This document shows positions 30,617-39,379 of a stretch of DNA of 49,513 nt, one piece after another. A program made the translations under genes and the position numbers. The DNA lies in assembly GCA_016777845.1 (NCBI GenBank), contig JADHQS010000002.1, positions 1-49,513 of the forward strand, read 5' to 3'. This DNA comes from Candidatus Actinomarina sp. (lineage in GTDB: Bacteria; Actinomycetota; Acidimicrobiia; Actinomarinales; Actinomarinaceae). The notes below the pieces were generated by a model. That model saw only the letters and a list, made by a program, of their open reading frames with translations, was not told where the DNA came from and searched no databases. Position 1 is the first letter of the stretch. Each line of letters begins with the position of its first letter.

Positions 30617-30700
30617 GCGCGGGTGGCGGAACTGGTAGACGCGCAGGATTAAGGATCCTGTGGGGTAAAACCCGTGGAGGTTCGAGTCCTCTTCCGCGCA
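30617..30700 (+). tRNA. tRNA-Leu with anticodon AAG (read by hand)
   Basis: The sequence is GCGCGGG-TG-GCG-GAACTGGTAGA-CGC-G-CAGGA-TTAAGGA-TCCTG-(long variable arm TGGGGTAAAACCCGT)-GGAGG-TTCGAGT-CCTCT-TCCGCGC-A. The anticodon loop is U32 U33 A34 A35 G36 G37 A38. No CCA is encoded. The 30674 ORF start overlapping this gene is an artefact. Confidence 0.8.
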
Positions 30701-30706
30701 CAAACA

Positions 30707-31363
30707 ATGAATAATAAAACAATAGCAATTATCAATGATTCAGAAGTTACTGCTGGATCTCTTCCGGATAATATAATTTCAATTAACGCTTGGGATATTA
30801 ATTGGGATGATCTTTCTTTAGACGATAATTATATAATTTTGGGTGGTCATATGGGGTCGTATGATGATCAAAAGTTCACTTACCTCCAAGAAGAAAAACA
30901 ATGGCTAAAATATGCAATAAATGCAAATTCAAAAATTTTAGGAATATGTCTAGGTTCTCAATTAATTGCAGACGCAATGGGAGGTTCTGCGTTTTTATCA
31001 AAAAATATAGAGTTTGGATTTAAAAATTTAGAATTCCTTATTGATGATTCTTTATTTGATGATTTTAAAAATACTAAAGTTTTTTCATGGCATAGAGACA
31101 CTTTTAATATTCCCCCAGAAGCAACGCTGATTGCTAAAACTGAATATCCACAAATTTTTAGTATAAAAAATTCTTTGGCACTGCAGTTTCACCCTGAGAT
31201 AAAATTAGATCTTTTTGAAAATTGGTATGATAGTGACTTATCCAAGGAAGAATTAGCAAATTATGACGTACATTCAGAATTAAATTATTTAAAGGACAAC
31301 TTCCAACAACTCGAAAAATCTATGCATAATTTTTATAACAAATGGATTGCATTTAATCATTGA
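30707..31363 (+). CDS. Class I glutamine amidotransferase-like protein
   Basis: It has the nucleophile elbow GICLGSQLIA and LQFHPE. I chose ATG 30707 (MNNKTIAII) because the longer ORF (30674) overlaps the tRNA. Confidence 0.75.
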   Translation: MNNKTIAIINDSEVTAGSLPDNIISINAWDINWDDLSLDDNYIILGGHMGSYDDQKFTYLQEEKQWLKYAINANSKILGICLGSQLIADAMGGSAFLSKNIEFGFKNLEFLIDDSLFDDFKNTKVFSWHRDTFNIPPEATLIAKTEYPQIFSIKNSLALQFHPEIKLDLFENWYDSDLSKEELANYDVHSELNYLKDNFQQLEKSMHNFYNKWIAFNH

Positions 31364-31925
31364 GAACAGATTCTACATAATTAAGCAAAGCTTCATATCT
31401 TTTATAAATATCATTTTGATTAAGTATGTAGTTTTTTGTTTCTAGGTCCATAGGTGTATAAATACATAATTCCCAAAGTTTATTTATCCTATTATCTCTA
31501 TCTACTACAAATTCTGCGATAGTTGTATTTAAGCCTTGTTCAATTAGTTTTGCCGTCATTTTTTTAATATTTTTTTCTAAAATATCAAGTTCATTTACAT
31601 CAGGTGGTAAACCCACATCATTATGTTCGTTAACCTTGCAAAGAGGGTATTCATTTTCTATGGTGATTTCTTTTACTTTGTATAAATTTATACATTCAAT
31701 TACAACAAGCTGTTCAGCATTAGATATATCTTGATGCTCTAAAATTTCTACTTCAGATACAATTTGGCCAAGTTCCTCTATATTTCTTCCAACTAAAAAG
31801 TTTTTTGAATTAACTATTGAATCTCCAATTAGTAATAAATATCTTGGTTCAAAAACTCTTAACGCAGCAATTTCACCTGGGAAATAATTTATACCAGCAG
31901 CAAAAAATGGAATTTCAACTAACAT
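31353..31925 (-). CDS. LON N-terminal (substrate-binding) domain protein
   Basis: The N-terminus IPFFAAGINYFPGEIAALRVFEPRYLLLI matches the Lon N-domain signature (PLFPL..PG....L.IFEPRY). There is no AAA or protease domain. Confidence 0.7.
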   Translation of the reverse strand: MLVEIPFFAAGINYFPGEIAALRVFEPRYLLLIGDSIVNSKNFLVGRNIEELGQIVSEVEILEHQDISNAEQLVVIECINLYKVKEITIENEYPLCKVNEHNDVGLPPDVNELDILEKNIKKMTAKLIEQGLNTTIAEFVVDRDNRINKLWELCIYTPMDLETKNYILNQNDIYKRYEALLNYVESVLND

Positions 31926-31961
31926 TTACCTGTTAAGTAGCATAAAATACTTTTGGAAATA

Positions 31962-33008
31962 ATGAGAATTGAAGACGAAATAAAATTAACATTTGATGAT
32001 GTTTTAATCAGACCTAAAAGAAGTACATTAGTATCAAGATCTGAAGTACAGCTTGAAAGAGAATTTAAGTTTAAACATACATCTTTAATGTGGTCGGGTG
32101 TACCTATAGTTTCTGCAAATATGGACACAACAGGAACTTTTGAGACTGCTATATCGTTACAAAAACATAAAATGATTACATCAGTGCATAAGTTTTACAC
32201 AAATGAAGACTGGAAACAATCAATTAACAAATTAGACCCAAACTATATCGCAGTTACTGTGGGCCAATCTGATGAAGACATGCAACTTGCAAAAAATATT
32301 TTTAAATTAAACGATTACATAAAATTCTTATGCATTGATGTTGCTAATGGATATAGAGAAGATTTTATTAATGCAGTTAAAAAGTATAGAGAAACTTTTA
32401 AAGATAAAATTATTATTGCAGGTAATGTTGCTACGAGAGAAATGACTGAAGCCTTAATTCTCGCTGGTGCAGACATTGTAAAGATTGGTATAGGTCCAGG
32501 TTCAGTTTGTACAACTAGAAGTGTTGCTGGAGTTGGATATCCTCAACTTTCATCTATCTCTGAATGCTCTGATGCTGCACATGGTCTAGGTGGACACGTT
32601 ATGGCAGATGGAGGGTGTAAATTTCCAGGAGATGTTTCAAAAGCTTTCGGTGCTGGAGCAGATTTTGTTATGTTAGGTGGTATGTTTGCTGGACATGAAG
32701 AATCTGGTGGTGAATTAGTTGAAGATGATGATGGTGTTAAATACAAAGATTTTTATGGAATGTCCTCTACAAAAGCTCAGCAAACTTATTATGGAGATTT
32801 AGCAGAGCACAGAGCTCCAGAAGGAAAAAAAGTAAGATTAAAATTTAAAGGACCTCTTGATAACACAGTACAAGCAATTCTTGGAGGAGTTCGGTCAGCA
32901 TGCTCCTATGTAGGTGCTAAAACTCTTAAAGATCTTCCAAAATGCACTACTTTTATTAGAGTTACTCAAACTACTAATGAAGTTTTTACTACATTTGAAA
33001 ATAATTGA
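31962..33008 (+). CDS. guaC: GMP reductase
   Basis: [39 protein letters not shown] aligns almost residue for residue with enterobacterial GuaC N-termini. It has the catalytic loop [11 protein letters not shown] and no CBS insert. I prefer ATG 31962 over TTG 31953. Confidence 0.9.
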   Translation: MRIEDEIKLTFDDVLIRPKRSTLVSRSEVQLEREFKFKHTSLMWSGVPIVSANMDTTGTFETAISLQKHKMITSVHKFYTNEDWKQSINKLDPNYIAVTVGQSDEDMQLAKNIFKLNDYIKFLCIDVANGYREDFINAVKKYRETFKDKIIIAGNVATREMTEALILAGADIVKIGIGPGSVCTTRSVAGVGYPQLSSISECSDAAHGLGGHVMADGGCKFPGDVSKAFGAGADFVMLGGMFAGHEESGGELVEDDDGVKYKDFYGMSSTKAQQTYYGDLAEHRAPEGKKVRLKFKGPLDNTVQAILGGVRSACSYVGAKTLKDLPKCTTFIRVTQTTNEVFTTFENN

Positions 33009-33232
33009 AAGTAGAAATTTATACTAAAGATCAATGTATTTGGTGCGACAGAGCAAAGGATTTATTAAACTCTCACTCAATTGATTTTAAAGAATTTGAT
33101 CTTTCTAATGATGCTGAAAGAGTTAAATTCTATAAAAATATTGGTGACAACGTAAAAACTGTACCCCAAGTCTTTATTAATGATACAAGAGTTGGAGGAT
33201 ATCAAGACTTGAAAGCATGGTTAAATGGCTAA
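33005..33232 (+). CDS. Glutaredoxin-family protein (Grx/NrdH-like)
   Basis: This 75-aa protein reads [20 protein letters not shown] (CxxC) ... [18 protein letters not shown]. It starts with TTG and overlaps the guaC stop by 4 nt. Confidence 0.75.
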   Translation: MKVEIYTKDQCIWCDRAKDLLNSHSIDFKEFDLSNDAERVKFYKNIGDNVKTVPQVFINDTRVGGYQDLKAWLNG

Positions 33233-34124
33233 ACAAGACTCATCAAAAACTGTTTTTCTAGCTCTTTCTGTAAATTTTTTTATAGGCCTAATTAAATCTT
33301 TTGTGGCATTTATTACTGGCTCAAGTGCTATGTTTTCAGAAGCCGTACATTCATTTGTTGACTCTTTTAATCAATTTTTACTGTGGTTTGGTATTAAGCA
33401 AACTAAAAAAAGCAATCCTAAACTTTATCCTCTTGGAAGAGGACGAGAAGAGTATTTTTGGACTTTAGTAGTAGCTGTTTTAATATTTACAGTTGGGGGC
33501 TTGATTTCTTTAGAACATGGTATAGACGCTTTAAGCCATCCGAAAGAATTAGATAATCTTTATATATCAATATCAATTCTTTCAATCTCAATCATATTAG
33601 AAACTTATGTATTAATTAAAGCTGTTAAGAAGCTAAGAGGTAATAAGGAAAAAAAACCAATTCTAAAATTACTTAAAGATTCAAATGATGGTCCATTAAT
33701 TGCAATAGTTGTCGAAGACTTTGCTGCTACATTAGGATTAATTTTTGCTCTAATTGGTACATTATTAACTTACTTTACAAATAATTCAATTTATGATGCT
33801 ATGAGCTCAATTTCCATTGGAATACTATTAATGATTTCAGGTATATTTCTAGGTTACGAAATGAAACACTTGATTACAGGTGAAACCGTAAATAAAGATG
33901 TTTATAAAATAGTTGAAAATGCTTTATCGAAAGAAAAAGGCGTTAAAGAATTAAAAAGCATCAAAATAGTATCTATAGGTACCGATAAATATCTTGGAAT
34001 TGTAAAAGTAGATTATCTTGATTCATTCACAGATTTAGAAATTGTAGATTTAAATAAAAACATTGAAGAAAGTGTAAAAATAAATGATTCTAGGTTTTCA
34101 CACTTATACTTAATTCCTGCTTAA
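33225..34124 (+). CDS. Cation diffusion facilitator (CDF) family metal efflux transporter
   Basis: It has six TM segments, [18 protein letters not shown] (TM2 HxxxD) and a C-terminal cytoplasmic domain. Confidence 0.8.
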   Translation: MAKQDSSKTVFLALSVNFFIGLIKSFVAFITGSSAMFSEAVHSFVDSFNQFLLWFGIKQTKKSNPKLYPLGRGREEYFWTLVVAVLIFTVGGLISLEHGIDALSHPKELDNLYISISILSISIILETYVLIKAVKKLRGNKEKKPILKLLKDSNDGPLIAIVVEDFAATLGLIFALIGTLLTYFTNNSIYDAMSSISIGILLMISGIFLGYEMKHLITGETVNKDVYKIVENALSKEKGVKELKSIKIVSIGTDKYLGIVKVDYLDSFTDLEIVDLNKNIEESVKINDSRFSHLYLIPA

Positions 34125-34132
34125 ATAAAAAT

Positions 34133-34504
34133 ATGTTAATAGAAAAAAATCATCTTACAGAAGATCAAATAGAAATAACTCAAAACTGTGGTACAGAACC
34201 ACCTTTTTCAGGTGAGCTTTTAAATGAAAAAAGAAAAGGTACATATATATGTGTTGTATGTAAAGATGTATTATTTGATTCAGATACAAAATATGACTCA
34301 AATTCTGGATGGCCAAGTTTTTTTGATTCCATAGCTGATAAAGTATCAAGAAAAAATGACTTCTCTCACGGGATGAGTCGTATAGAAATTAATTGTAAAT
34401 CTTGCAACTCGCACCTTGGTCATGTATTTAATGATGGCCCATTACCTACCGGGGAAAGATATTGTGTAAATTCATTAAGTATGGAATTTAATTCTGATGA
34501 GTGA
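34133..34504 (+). CDS. msrB: Peptide-methionine (R)-S-oxide reductase
   Basis: Motifs [40 protein letters not shown] and RYCVNS are present. Confidence 0.93.
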   Translation: MLIEKNHLTEDQIEITQNCGTEPPFSGELLNEKRKGTYICVVCKDVLFDSDTKYDSNSGWPSFFDSIADKVSRKNDFSHGMSRIEINCKSCNSHLGHVFNDGPLPTGERYCVNSLSMEFNSDE

Positions 34505-34796
34505 AATATATATAGATAACAATTGCAAAGTATGTTCATCATATGGAAATTGGATAAATAAGAAAAATAATAATTTGAAATTATATAATCAAAAAAATTT
34601 ATCAGAAAATGAAATAATGCTTGATACTTTAGTGTTTAAAAAAGAAGAAAATGTCTATTATTTTTCTGACGCGGTGATTATGTCAATTGCATCTCTAGGC
34701 GGTTTTTATAAATCAATTTATATTTTGAAGTTATTTCCAAAACGCATGAGAGATTTCGTTTACAATATATTTGCTAAAAATAGACATATAATTTGA
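34497..34796 (+). CDS. DCC-family thiol-disulfide oxidoreductase-like protein (DUF393)
   Basis: The N-terminal [15 protein letters not shown] resembles the DGxCxxC signature of the DCC family. The size is typical. This assignment is weak. Confidence 0.45.
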   Translation: MSEIYIDNNCKVCSSYGNWINKKNNNLKLYNQKNLSENEIMLDTLVFKKEENVYYFSDAVIMSIASLGGFYKSIYILKLFPKRMRDFVYNIFAKNRHII

Positions 34797-35011
34797 AAAT
34801 ATTAAAAAAGATTAAAAACAGTAATCTTTTTAAATCCTTCATTATCTTTTCTATATTTAGATTTTTTTACGGATTTTTTATATTATTTTTTTCTTATTTC
34901 TTTACTACAGAATATGAAGACGGCATCTACTTTACGGTTCTTTTCTTATTATTAAGTGTTATATTTTCTAGATTTATTTTTAAAAAAATAAAAGTAAAAT
35001 TTAATCTCTAA
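34793..35011 (+). CDS. Hypothetical two-TM membrane protein (72 aa)
   Basis: It is supported only by hydrophobicity and a 4-nt overlap coupling it to the upstream gene. Confidence 0.3.
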   Translation: MKILKKIKNSNLFKSFIIFSIFRFFYGFFILFFSYFFTTEYEDGIYFTVLFLLLSVIFSRFIFKKIKVKFNL

Positions 35012-35483
35012 AATTACCGAAATTTAGAGGAATTTCAATTTTTGATTCTTTAACAAGTTGAATTACTTCTTGCAAATCGTCTCTTTTTTTACTCGTAACT
35101 CTTATTTGTTGATTCTGGTATGAGCATTGTATTTTTTTATTATTTTCTCTAATCAGTGCAATGATTTTTTTTGATGAATCTTGATCTATTCCTGATTTTA
35201 AATTAAAGAATCTTTTAACTTCTGATGGTGTTGTTTCATCTTTAAAATCTCCCAAAAACTTAACCGATACATTTCTTTTAGCAAACTTTTCTTTCAAAAC
35301 CTGTTCTGCTGCTGCCATCCTCTCAGATGTACTGCTCTTCAATGTTATTGTATTTTCAATATATGAAATAAAAGTTCCAGTATCTCTAAAATCGTATCTA
35401 TTTGATATTTCTCTATGCGCTTGGTCAACAGCATTTACAACTTCTTGTTGGTTGTATTCAGACGATATGTCAAATGTTGGCAT
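35001..35483 (-). CDS. yajQ: YajQ-family nucleotide (cyclic-di-GMP)-binding protein (UPF0234)
   Basis: MPTFDISSEYNQQEVVNAVDQAHREISNRYDFRD is a near-canonical YajQ N-terminus. The protein is 160 aa. Confidence 0.9.
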   Translation of the reverse strand: MPTFDISSEYNQQEVVNAVDQAHREISNRYDFRDTGTFISYIENTITLKSSTSERMAAAEQVLKEKFAKRNVSVKFLGDFKDETTPSEVKRFFNLKSGIDQDSSKKIIALIRENNKKIQCSYQNQQIRVTSKKRDDLQEVIQLVKESKIEIPLNFGNFRD

Positions 35484-35492
35484 AGTTAAATA

Positions 35493-35861
35493 TTAACTAT
35501 TTATAAACCTATTTGCTATATATATACCTAATAGCGCCATTGATATAGAAAGGAGTACTGAAGACAGAATATAAAGTATCGAATACAAATTTCCATTGTT
35601 TTGCAATGTTAGAACGTCAAAAGAAAATTGTGAAAATGTTGTGTATCCTCCAAGTAAGCCAGTTAAAAGAAAAAAGTTAAAATAATCACTTCTTTGTTCT
35701 TCAATAGAAACTAGGATACCAAATAGAAAAGAACCGAGCACGTTAACAACGACAGTTCCTAATTGGCCAATAACATATAGATTAACGATAGTATTTGTTC
35801 CATATCTTAAAACTGACCCAATACCGCCGCCAAGAAATACGAAGAATAATTTACTGTACAC
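35493..35861 (-). CDS. crcB: Fluoride ion channel CrcB/FluC
   Basis: It has four TM segments and the motifs GGGIGSVLRY and GLLGGYTTFSQFSFD. Confidence 0.88.
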   Translation of the reverse strand: MYSKLFFVFLGGGIGSVLRYGTNTIVNLYVIGQLGTVVVNVLGSFLFGILVSIEEQRSDYFNFFLLTGLLGGYTTFSQFSFDVLTLQNNGNLYSILYILSSVLLSISMALLGIYIANRFINS

Positions 35862-36294
35862 TAGCTTGCCTTAATGATTCAAAAACTACTATACCAACTG
35901 AATTTGCAAGATTAATACTCCGAGAGTTTTCTTTCATAGGTATAGTAATTGTTTTGTAACTTGAAATAATTTCATCTGGCAATCCAATTGATTCAGGTCC
36001 AAACAATAAGAAATCATATTGATTTAAATTTGTATCCCAATATGAATCTATACCTTTTGAAGATAAACAACATATACTTTTGTTATTGTTTGTTTCTATA
36101 AATTCTTCCCAGGAGTTGTAAGTTTTAGTATTTGATAAATCATGATAATCCAAACCAGCTCTCCTTATTTTATTTTCTTGAAGATCAAAACCAAATGGTT
36201 TAATAAGGTTCAAAGAAATTCCAGAGTTTGCTGCGAGCCTAATTATGGCACCGACATTTCCAGCTATTTCAGGTTGATATAAGACTATTTCCAC
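35851..36294 (-). CDS. trmL: tRNA (cytidine/uridine-2'-O-)-methyltransferase TrmL (SpoU/TrmH family)
   Basis: This 147-aa protein has EIVLYQPEIAGNVGAIIRLAANSG and LLFGPESIGLPDE ... SINLANSVGIVVFE (SPOUT knot motifs). It starts with GTG. Confidence 0.85.
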   Translation of the reverse strand: MEIVLYQPEIAGNVGAIIRLAANSGISLNLIKPFGFDLQENKIRRAGLDYHDLSNTKTYNSWEEFIETNNNKSICCLSSKGIDSYWDTNLNQYDFLLFGPESIGLPDEIISSYKTITIPMKENSRSINLANSVGIVVFESLRQASVQ

Positions 36295-36300
36295 TATCTA

Positions 36301-36306
36301 ATTATA
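36301..36306 (-). promoter_or_regulatory. Candidate -10 box TATAAT (minus strand), 6 nt upstream of the trmL GTG
   Basis: The plus strand reads ATTATA, which is TATAAT on the minus strand. A 6-nt spacer (36295-36300) precedes GTG at 36294. Confidence 0.4.
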
Positions 36307-36331
36307 TTGTTTTAAACACTCTTGATGTAGG

Positions 36332-36337
36332 TATTAT
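36332..36337 (+). promoter_or_regulatory. Candidate -10 box TATTAT, 6 nt upstream of GTG 36344
   Basis: The sequence is TATTAT-atttat-GTG(36344). It lies back to back with the trmL box inside a 49-nt divergent gap. Confidence 0.35.
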
Positions 36338-36343
36338 ATTTAT

Positions 36344-37906
36344 GTGAAGCAAATAGTAAATTTATTTTTACCAAATTTTAAAAGTATGCGAGCAGTTTTT
36401 TATGAAGTTGCAAATACATCAATTTCTAGAGAGCGTTTCATTGACTTTACCAAAATAATTGGACTTCTTTTCTTAATGATAAATTCATTTTCATTATTAA
36501 GATTACAAAATTCTGGAGGAGAGCTGTTTGTATCAAACCTTTCAGTAAACTCTCAATCTCTAATGGTAGTTACATGGTTTACTGCAGGTATGTCGCTATT
36601 TTTCTTTTCTATGGGTTTTAATAATTTAGTTGCTTGGTACTCAAATGTAGGGAGGGATGGAAGTCAGTGGAATTATTTAGTTGATAGGATTAATACACTT
36701 TTAGGACCAGTCATTGTTTGGATATTTTCAAGCACAATAGTGTTAAATATTATAAGTAGGTCAGAAAATTTTCCTAACTATTTAACAACATCTGAAGATG
36801 GAATGATGTCGTCAATTGAATTTATTTTATGGCCACTGTGGTTAGTTTCAATATATCTCGTAATGGTTCTTTTTGCTCCTTTTACAATCTACTTACATAA
36901 AAAATACCCATATGCAACTGTGCTTACTTTATTTACTTTGACAATTCTGATTGATAATATAAATTTTGCATTAAATCTTTCTTACATAAAATTGTTTAAC
37001 TATTTATTTTTTTGGATAGCAATACATCAAATTGGATATTTTTTTGCAGATGGAAAAATTCAAAAAGTAAATATTAATCTTTTCAGATATATATTAGTTT
37101 TTACATACGGTTACTTGTTTTACCAAATGTCAGTTTCTGAATCTTATTTATCCTTAGCAAGCTATAGACTTACTTCAATTAACAATGAAGATCCTCCAAC
37201 TACCATATATCTTATCGCTTCTATTGGTTTGATTTGTCTATTTTTATCATTAAAAAATATTATTGAGAAGGTATTGAACAATCAAAAGATATGGTTACTA
37301 ATTTCTCACATTCATTCAAATATTTATACAATGTATCTCTGGCATTTATTTGTGTTTTTTAGCATTTATCTATTTGGATTAACAATGTATTACGCACCAT
37401 TGATACTTTTAATTACAGCATTTATTTTTGGAAACTATGAACGCAGTTTGTTTAAACTTTCTTCTAATTTAGTAAAGCGAGTAAACCCATTACAACCATG
37501 GCCGTCACCTATTAAAGCAAGATTTTCAATAAATAATTTTGTTTTAGCATGGTTTTCTGCACTTTTGGTGTTATTAGGAGTAATACATTTAACATTAGGT
37601 GGTATTGGTCAAGATGGTTTTTTTACGATAAGAGAATTCTATTTTTTAAGAAGTAATACTTATGAAGGTATAGGGAGAATATTTATTGGATTACTTCTAT
37701 TAAATATTACAGTTCGTGGGCTTAAATATAAAAAAAGAATTCTTGGAGGATCAATATTATTTTTTATTTCATCTTTATATACGCGTAATTTAATTAATGA
37801 AAATCTAACAAGTTTCGAAATATATTTTTCTTCAGGAGCAATCGCTCTCTTTATTTTCATTTTGATTCAAAATAGTAACTATAAATCAAAAACAAGGGTC
37901 AAATAA
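36344..37906 (+). CDS. Polytopic membrane protein of unknown function (possibly acyltransferase-3-like)
   Basis: This 520-aa protein has about 12 or more TM segments. The N-terminal RERFIDFTKIIGLLFLM and the central EFILWPLWLVSIYLVMVLFAPF loosely resemble acyltransferase family 3. I cannot verify that assignment by eye. It starts with GTG. Confidence 0.45.
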   Translation: MKQIVNLFLPNFKSMRAVFYEVANTSISRERFIDFTKIIGLLFLMINSFSLLRLQNSGGELFVSNLSVNSQSLMVVTWFTAGMSLFFFSMGFNNLVAWYSNVGRDGSQWNYLVDRINTLLGPVIVWIFSSTIVLNIISRSENFPNYLTTSEDGMMSSIEFILWPLWLVSIYLVMVLFAPFTIYLHKKYPYATVLTLFTLTILIDNINFALNLSYIKLFNYLFFWIAIHQIGYFFADGKIQKVNINLFRYILVFTYGYLFYQMSVSESYLSLASYRLTSINNEDPPTTIYLIASIGLICLFLSLKNIIEKVLNNQKIWLLISHIHSNIYTMYLWHLFVFFSIYLFGLTMYYAPLILLITAFIFGNYERSLFKLSSNLVKRVNPLQPWPSPIKARFSINNFVLAWFSALLVLLGVIHLTLGGIGQDGFFTIREFYFLRSNTYEGIGRIFIGLLLLNITVRGLKYKKRILGGSILFFISSLYTRNLINENLTSFEIYFSSGAIALFIFILIQNSNYKSKTRVK

Positions 37907-37908
37907 TT

Positions 37909-38943
37909 GTGAATCTTCCAAAAGGTGAAACTCGACAGGAGCTATTAAATAGGGCATTTTTATATTTTTTATTCATTGCTTTATCTGTATTAATTTTCTT
38001 ACGAGTTAAATCATTAATTTTTGATTTATTTGTAGCAGTTGTTTTAGCAGCGCTTGCTGAACCAGTTGTTTATAGGTTGACCAAAAAAGTTAATCGACAA
38101 AGTGCAGCAATGGTGGCAGTTTCATTAATACTTATAGTTATTGGTGCTACGTTATTTTCAATAATACCAATAATGGTGCAAGAAATTTATTTCTTGTCTT
38201 CTCAAATTCCAACTTATTTTGATAATTTTATTAATTATCTGAACGTTGAGGGTTTTGCAATTTCAAGTCAGTCCCTTGATTTAGAAAACCAGTTTAACTC
38301 ATTAATTAAAGATTATGGAAGTACTGTTGGGTCAAGTGTTGTTTTTGCTGGACAAGGATTGTTAAGAACTCTAGGTCATATATTTGTAATCTTCTTCTTT
38401 ACTTATTATTTAATTAGTGAGGGAGATGGTTGGAGAGTTAAGTTAAAAGAATCACTGCCGAATAACATATCCTCTTCAATTGATCAAGTATGGAGTATTG
38501 GAGTATCTAAAGCAGGTGGTTTCATTGTTGCCAAGGTAATCTTAGCTGTTTTAGCAAGCATTGTTTTATCTGTTTCATTTTTATTAATTGGCTTGCCATC
38601 ACCGATAGCTTTAGGTGTAGCTGCAGGAATTTTGTCTCAATTAATTCCCGTTGTTGGAACCTTTTTAGGTGGCTTAGTTCCATTTATAGCGTCTATTTCA
38701 CTAGGAACTAATGCAATGATATCAACAGTTATTGTATTGCTTGCATATCAGATTATTGAAAATTACTTTATAAGTCCAAGAGTTACTAAATCAACAATGG
38801 AAATTCATCCAGCAATAGCTGTATTTTCAACACTTTTCGGAGCCTACACTTTAGGAGGAGTTGGAGCTATATTAGCACTCCCAGTAGCTGCAACAGTACA
38901 AGGTGTTATTGGCACGATATTAAAAAACAGAAATGAAATTTAG
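37909..38943 (+). CDS. AI-2E family transporter (PerM/YhhT, UPF0118)
   Basis: It has about eight TM segments and the C-terminal pattern ENYFISPRVTKSTMEIHPAIAVFSTLFGAYTLGGVGAILALPVAA, typical of the family. It starts with GTG. Confidence 0.8.
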   Translation: MNLPKGETRQELLNRAFLYFLFIALSVLIFLRVKSLIFDLFVAVVLAALAEPVVYRLTKKVNRQSAAMVAVSLILIVIGATLFSIIPIMVQEIYFLSSQIPTYFDNFINYLNVEGFAISSQSLDLENQFNSLIKDYGSTVGSSVVFAGQGLLRTLGHIFVIFFFTYYLISEGDGWRVKLKESLPNNISSSIDQVWSIGVSKAGGFIVAKVILAVLASIVLSVSFLLIGLPSPIALGVAAGILSQLIPVVGTFLGGLVPFIASISLGTNAMISTVIVLLAYQIIENYFISPRVTKSTMEIHPAIAVFSTLFGAYTLGGVGAILALPVAATVQGVIGTILKNRNEI

Positions 38944-39227
38944 TGTTTAACTTTCCTTCATCAGCAATTAAAGCACTAGACAGTTTGCTTGAACGTTTAG
39001 AGTCTGAAACAATAGAGCCTATTGAAAAATCAATAAAGGACGCAAAAAAAAATTTTAAAGCTGGAAATTATTTAGCTACTTCTACACTTTTATTATTGAC
39101 TGGTTTAGCAATCGTCCTATCTCAACTATTTACAGATCAATATTTCATTCAAGCTTTAATTTATTTTTCTATGGCGTTACTATGTGTCTTGATATTTGCA
39201 TTGATATCCTGGAGATTATTAAGATGA
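38943..39227 (+). CDS. Hypothetical membrane protein (94 aa, 2 TM)
   Basis: The GTG start shares one base with the AI-2E stop. A soluble helical N-terminus is followed by two TM segments. Confidence 0.4.
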   Translation: MFNFPSSAIKALDSLLERLESETIEPIEKSIKDAKKNFKAGNYLATSTLLLLTGLAIVLSQLFTDQYFIQALIYFSMALLCVLIFALISWRLLR

Positions 39228-39379
39228 ACGATTTTTCTAATGATTATGAAAACCTTAGAAATCAATTAAATGATGACAAAGGTAAATTGATAGGATATTT
39301 GTTTGCGGGTCTAATAATTGGCCGTTTATATGAAAAATTTAATAATACTAAAAAGAAAATTTTCAAAAAATTTAAATGA
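39224..39379 (+). CDS. Hypothetical small protein (51 aa, 1 TM)
   Basis: There is an ATGA overlap with the preceding stop. The sequence is MNDFSNDYENLRNQLNDDKGKLIGYLFAGLIIGRLYEKF.... The longer 39182 start lies inside the previous gene. Confidence 0.3.
   Translation: MNDFSNDYENLRNQLNDDKGKLIGYLFAGLIIGRLYEKFNNTKKKIFKKFK

Noticed and set aside
30674-30706. An N-terminal extension of the amidotransferase ORF (GTG 30674).
   Set aside because: It overlaps the 3' half of the tRNA-Leu gene. ATG 30707 gives a sensible N-terminus.
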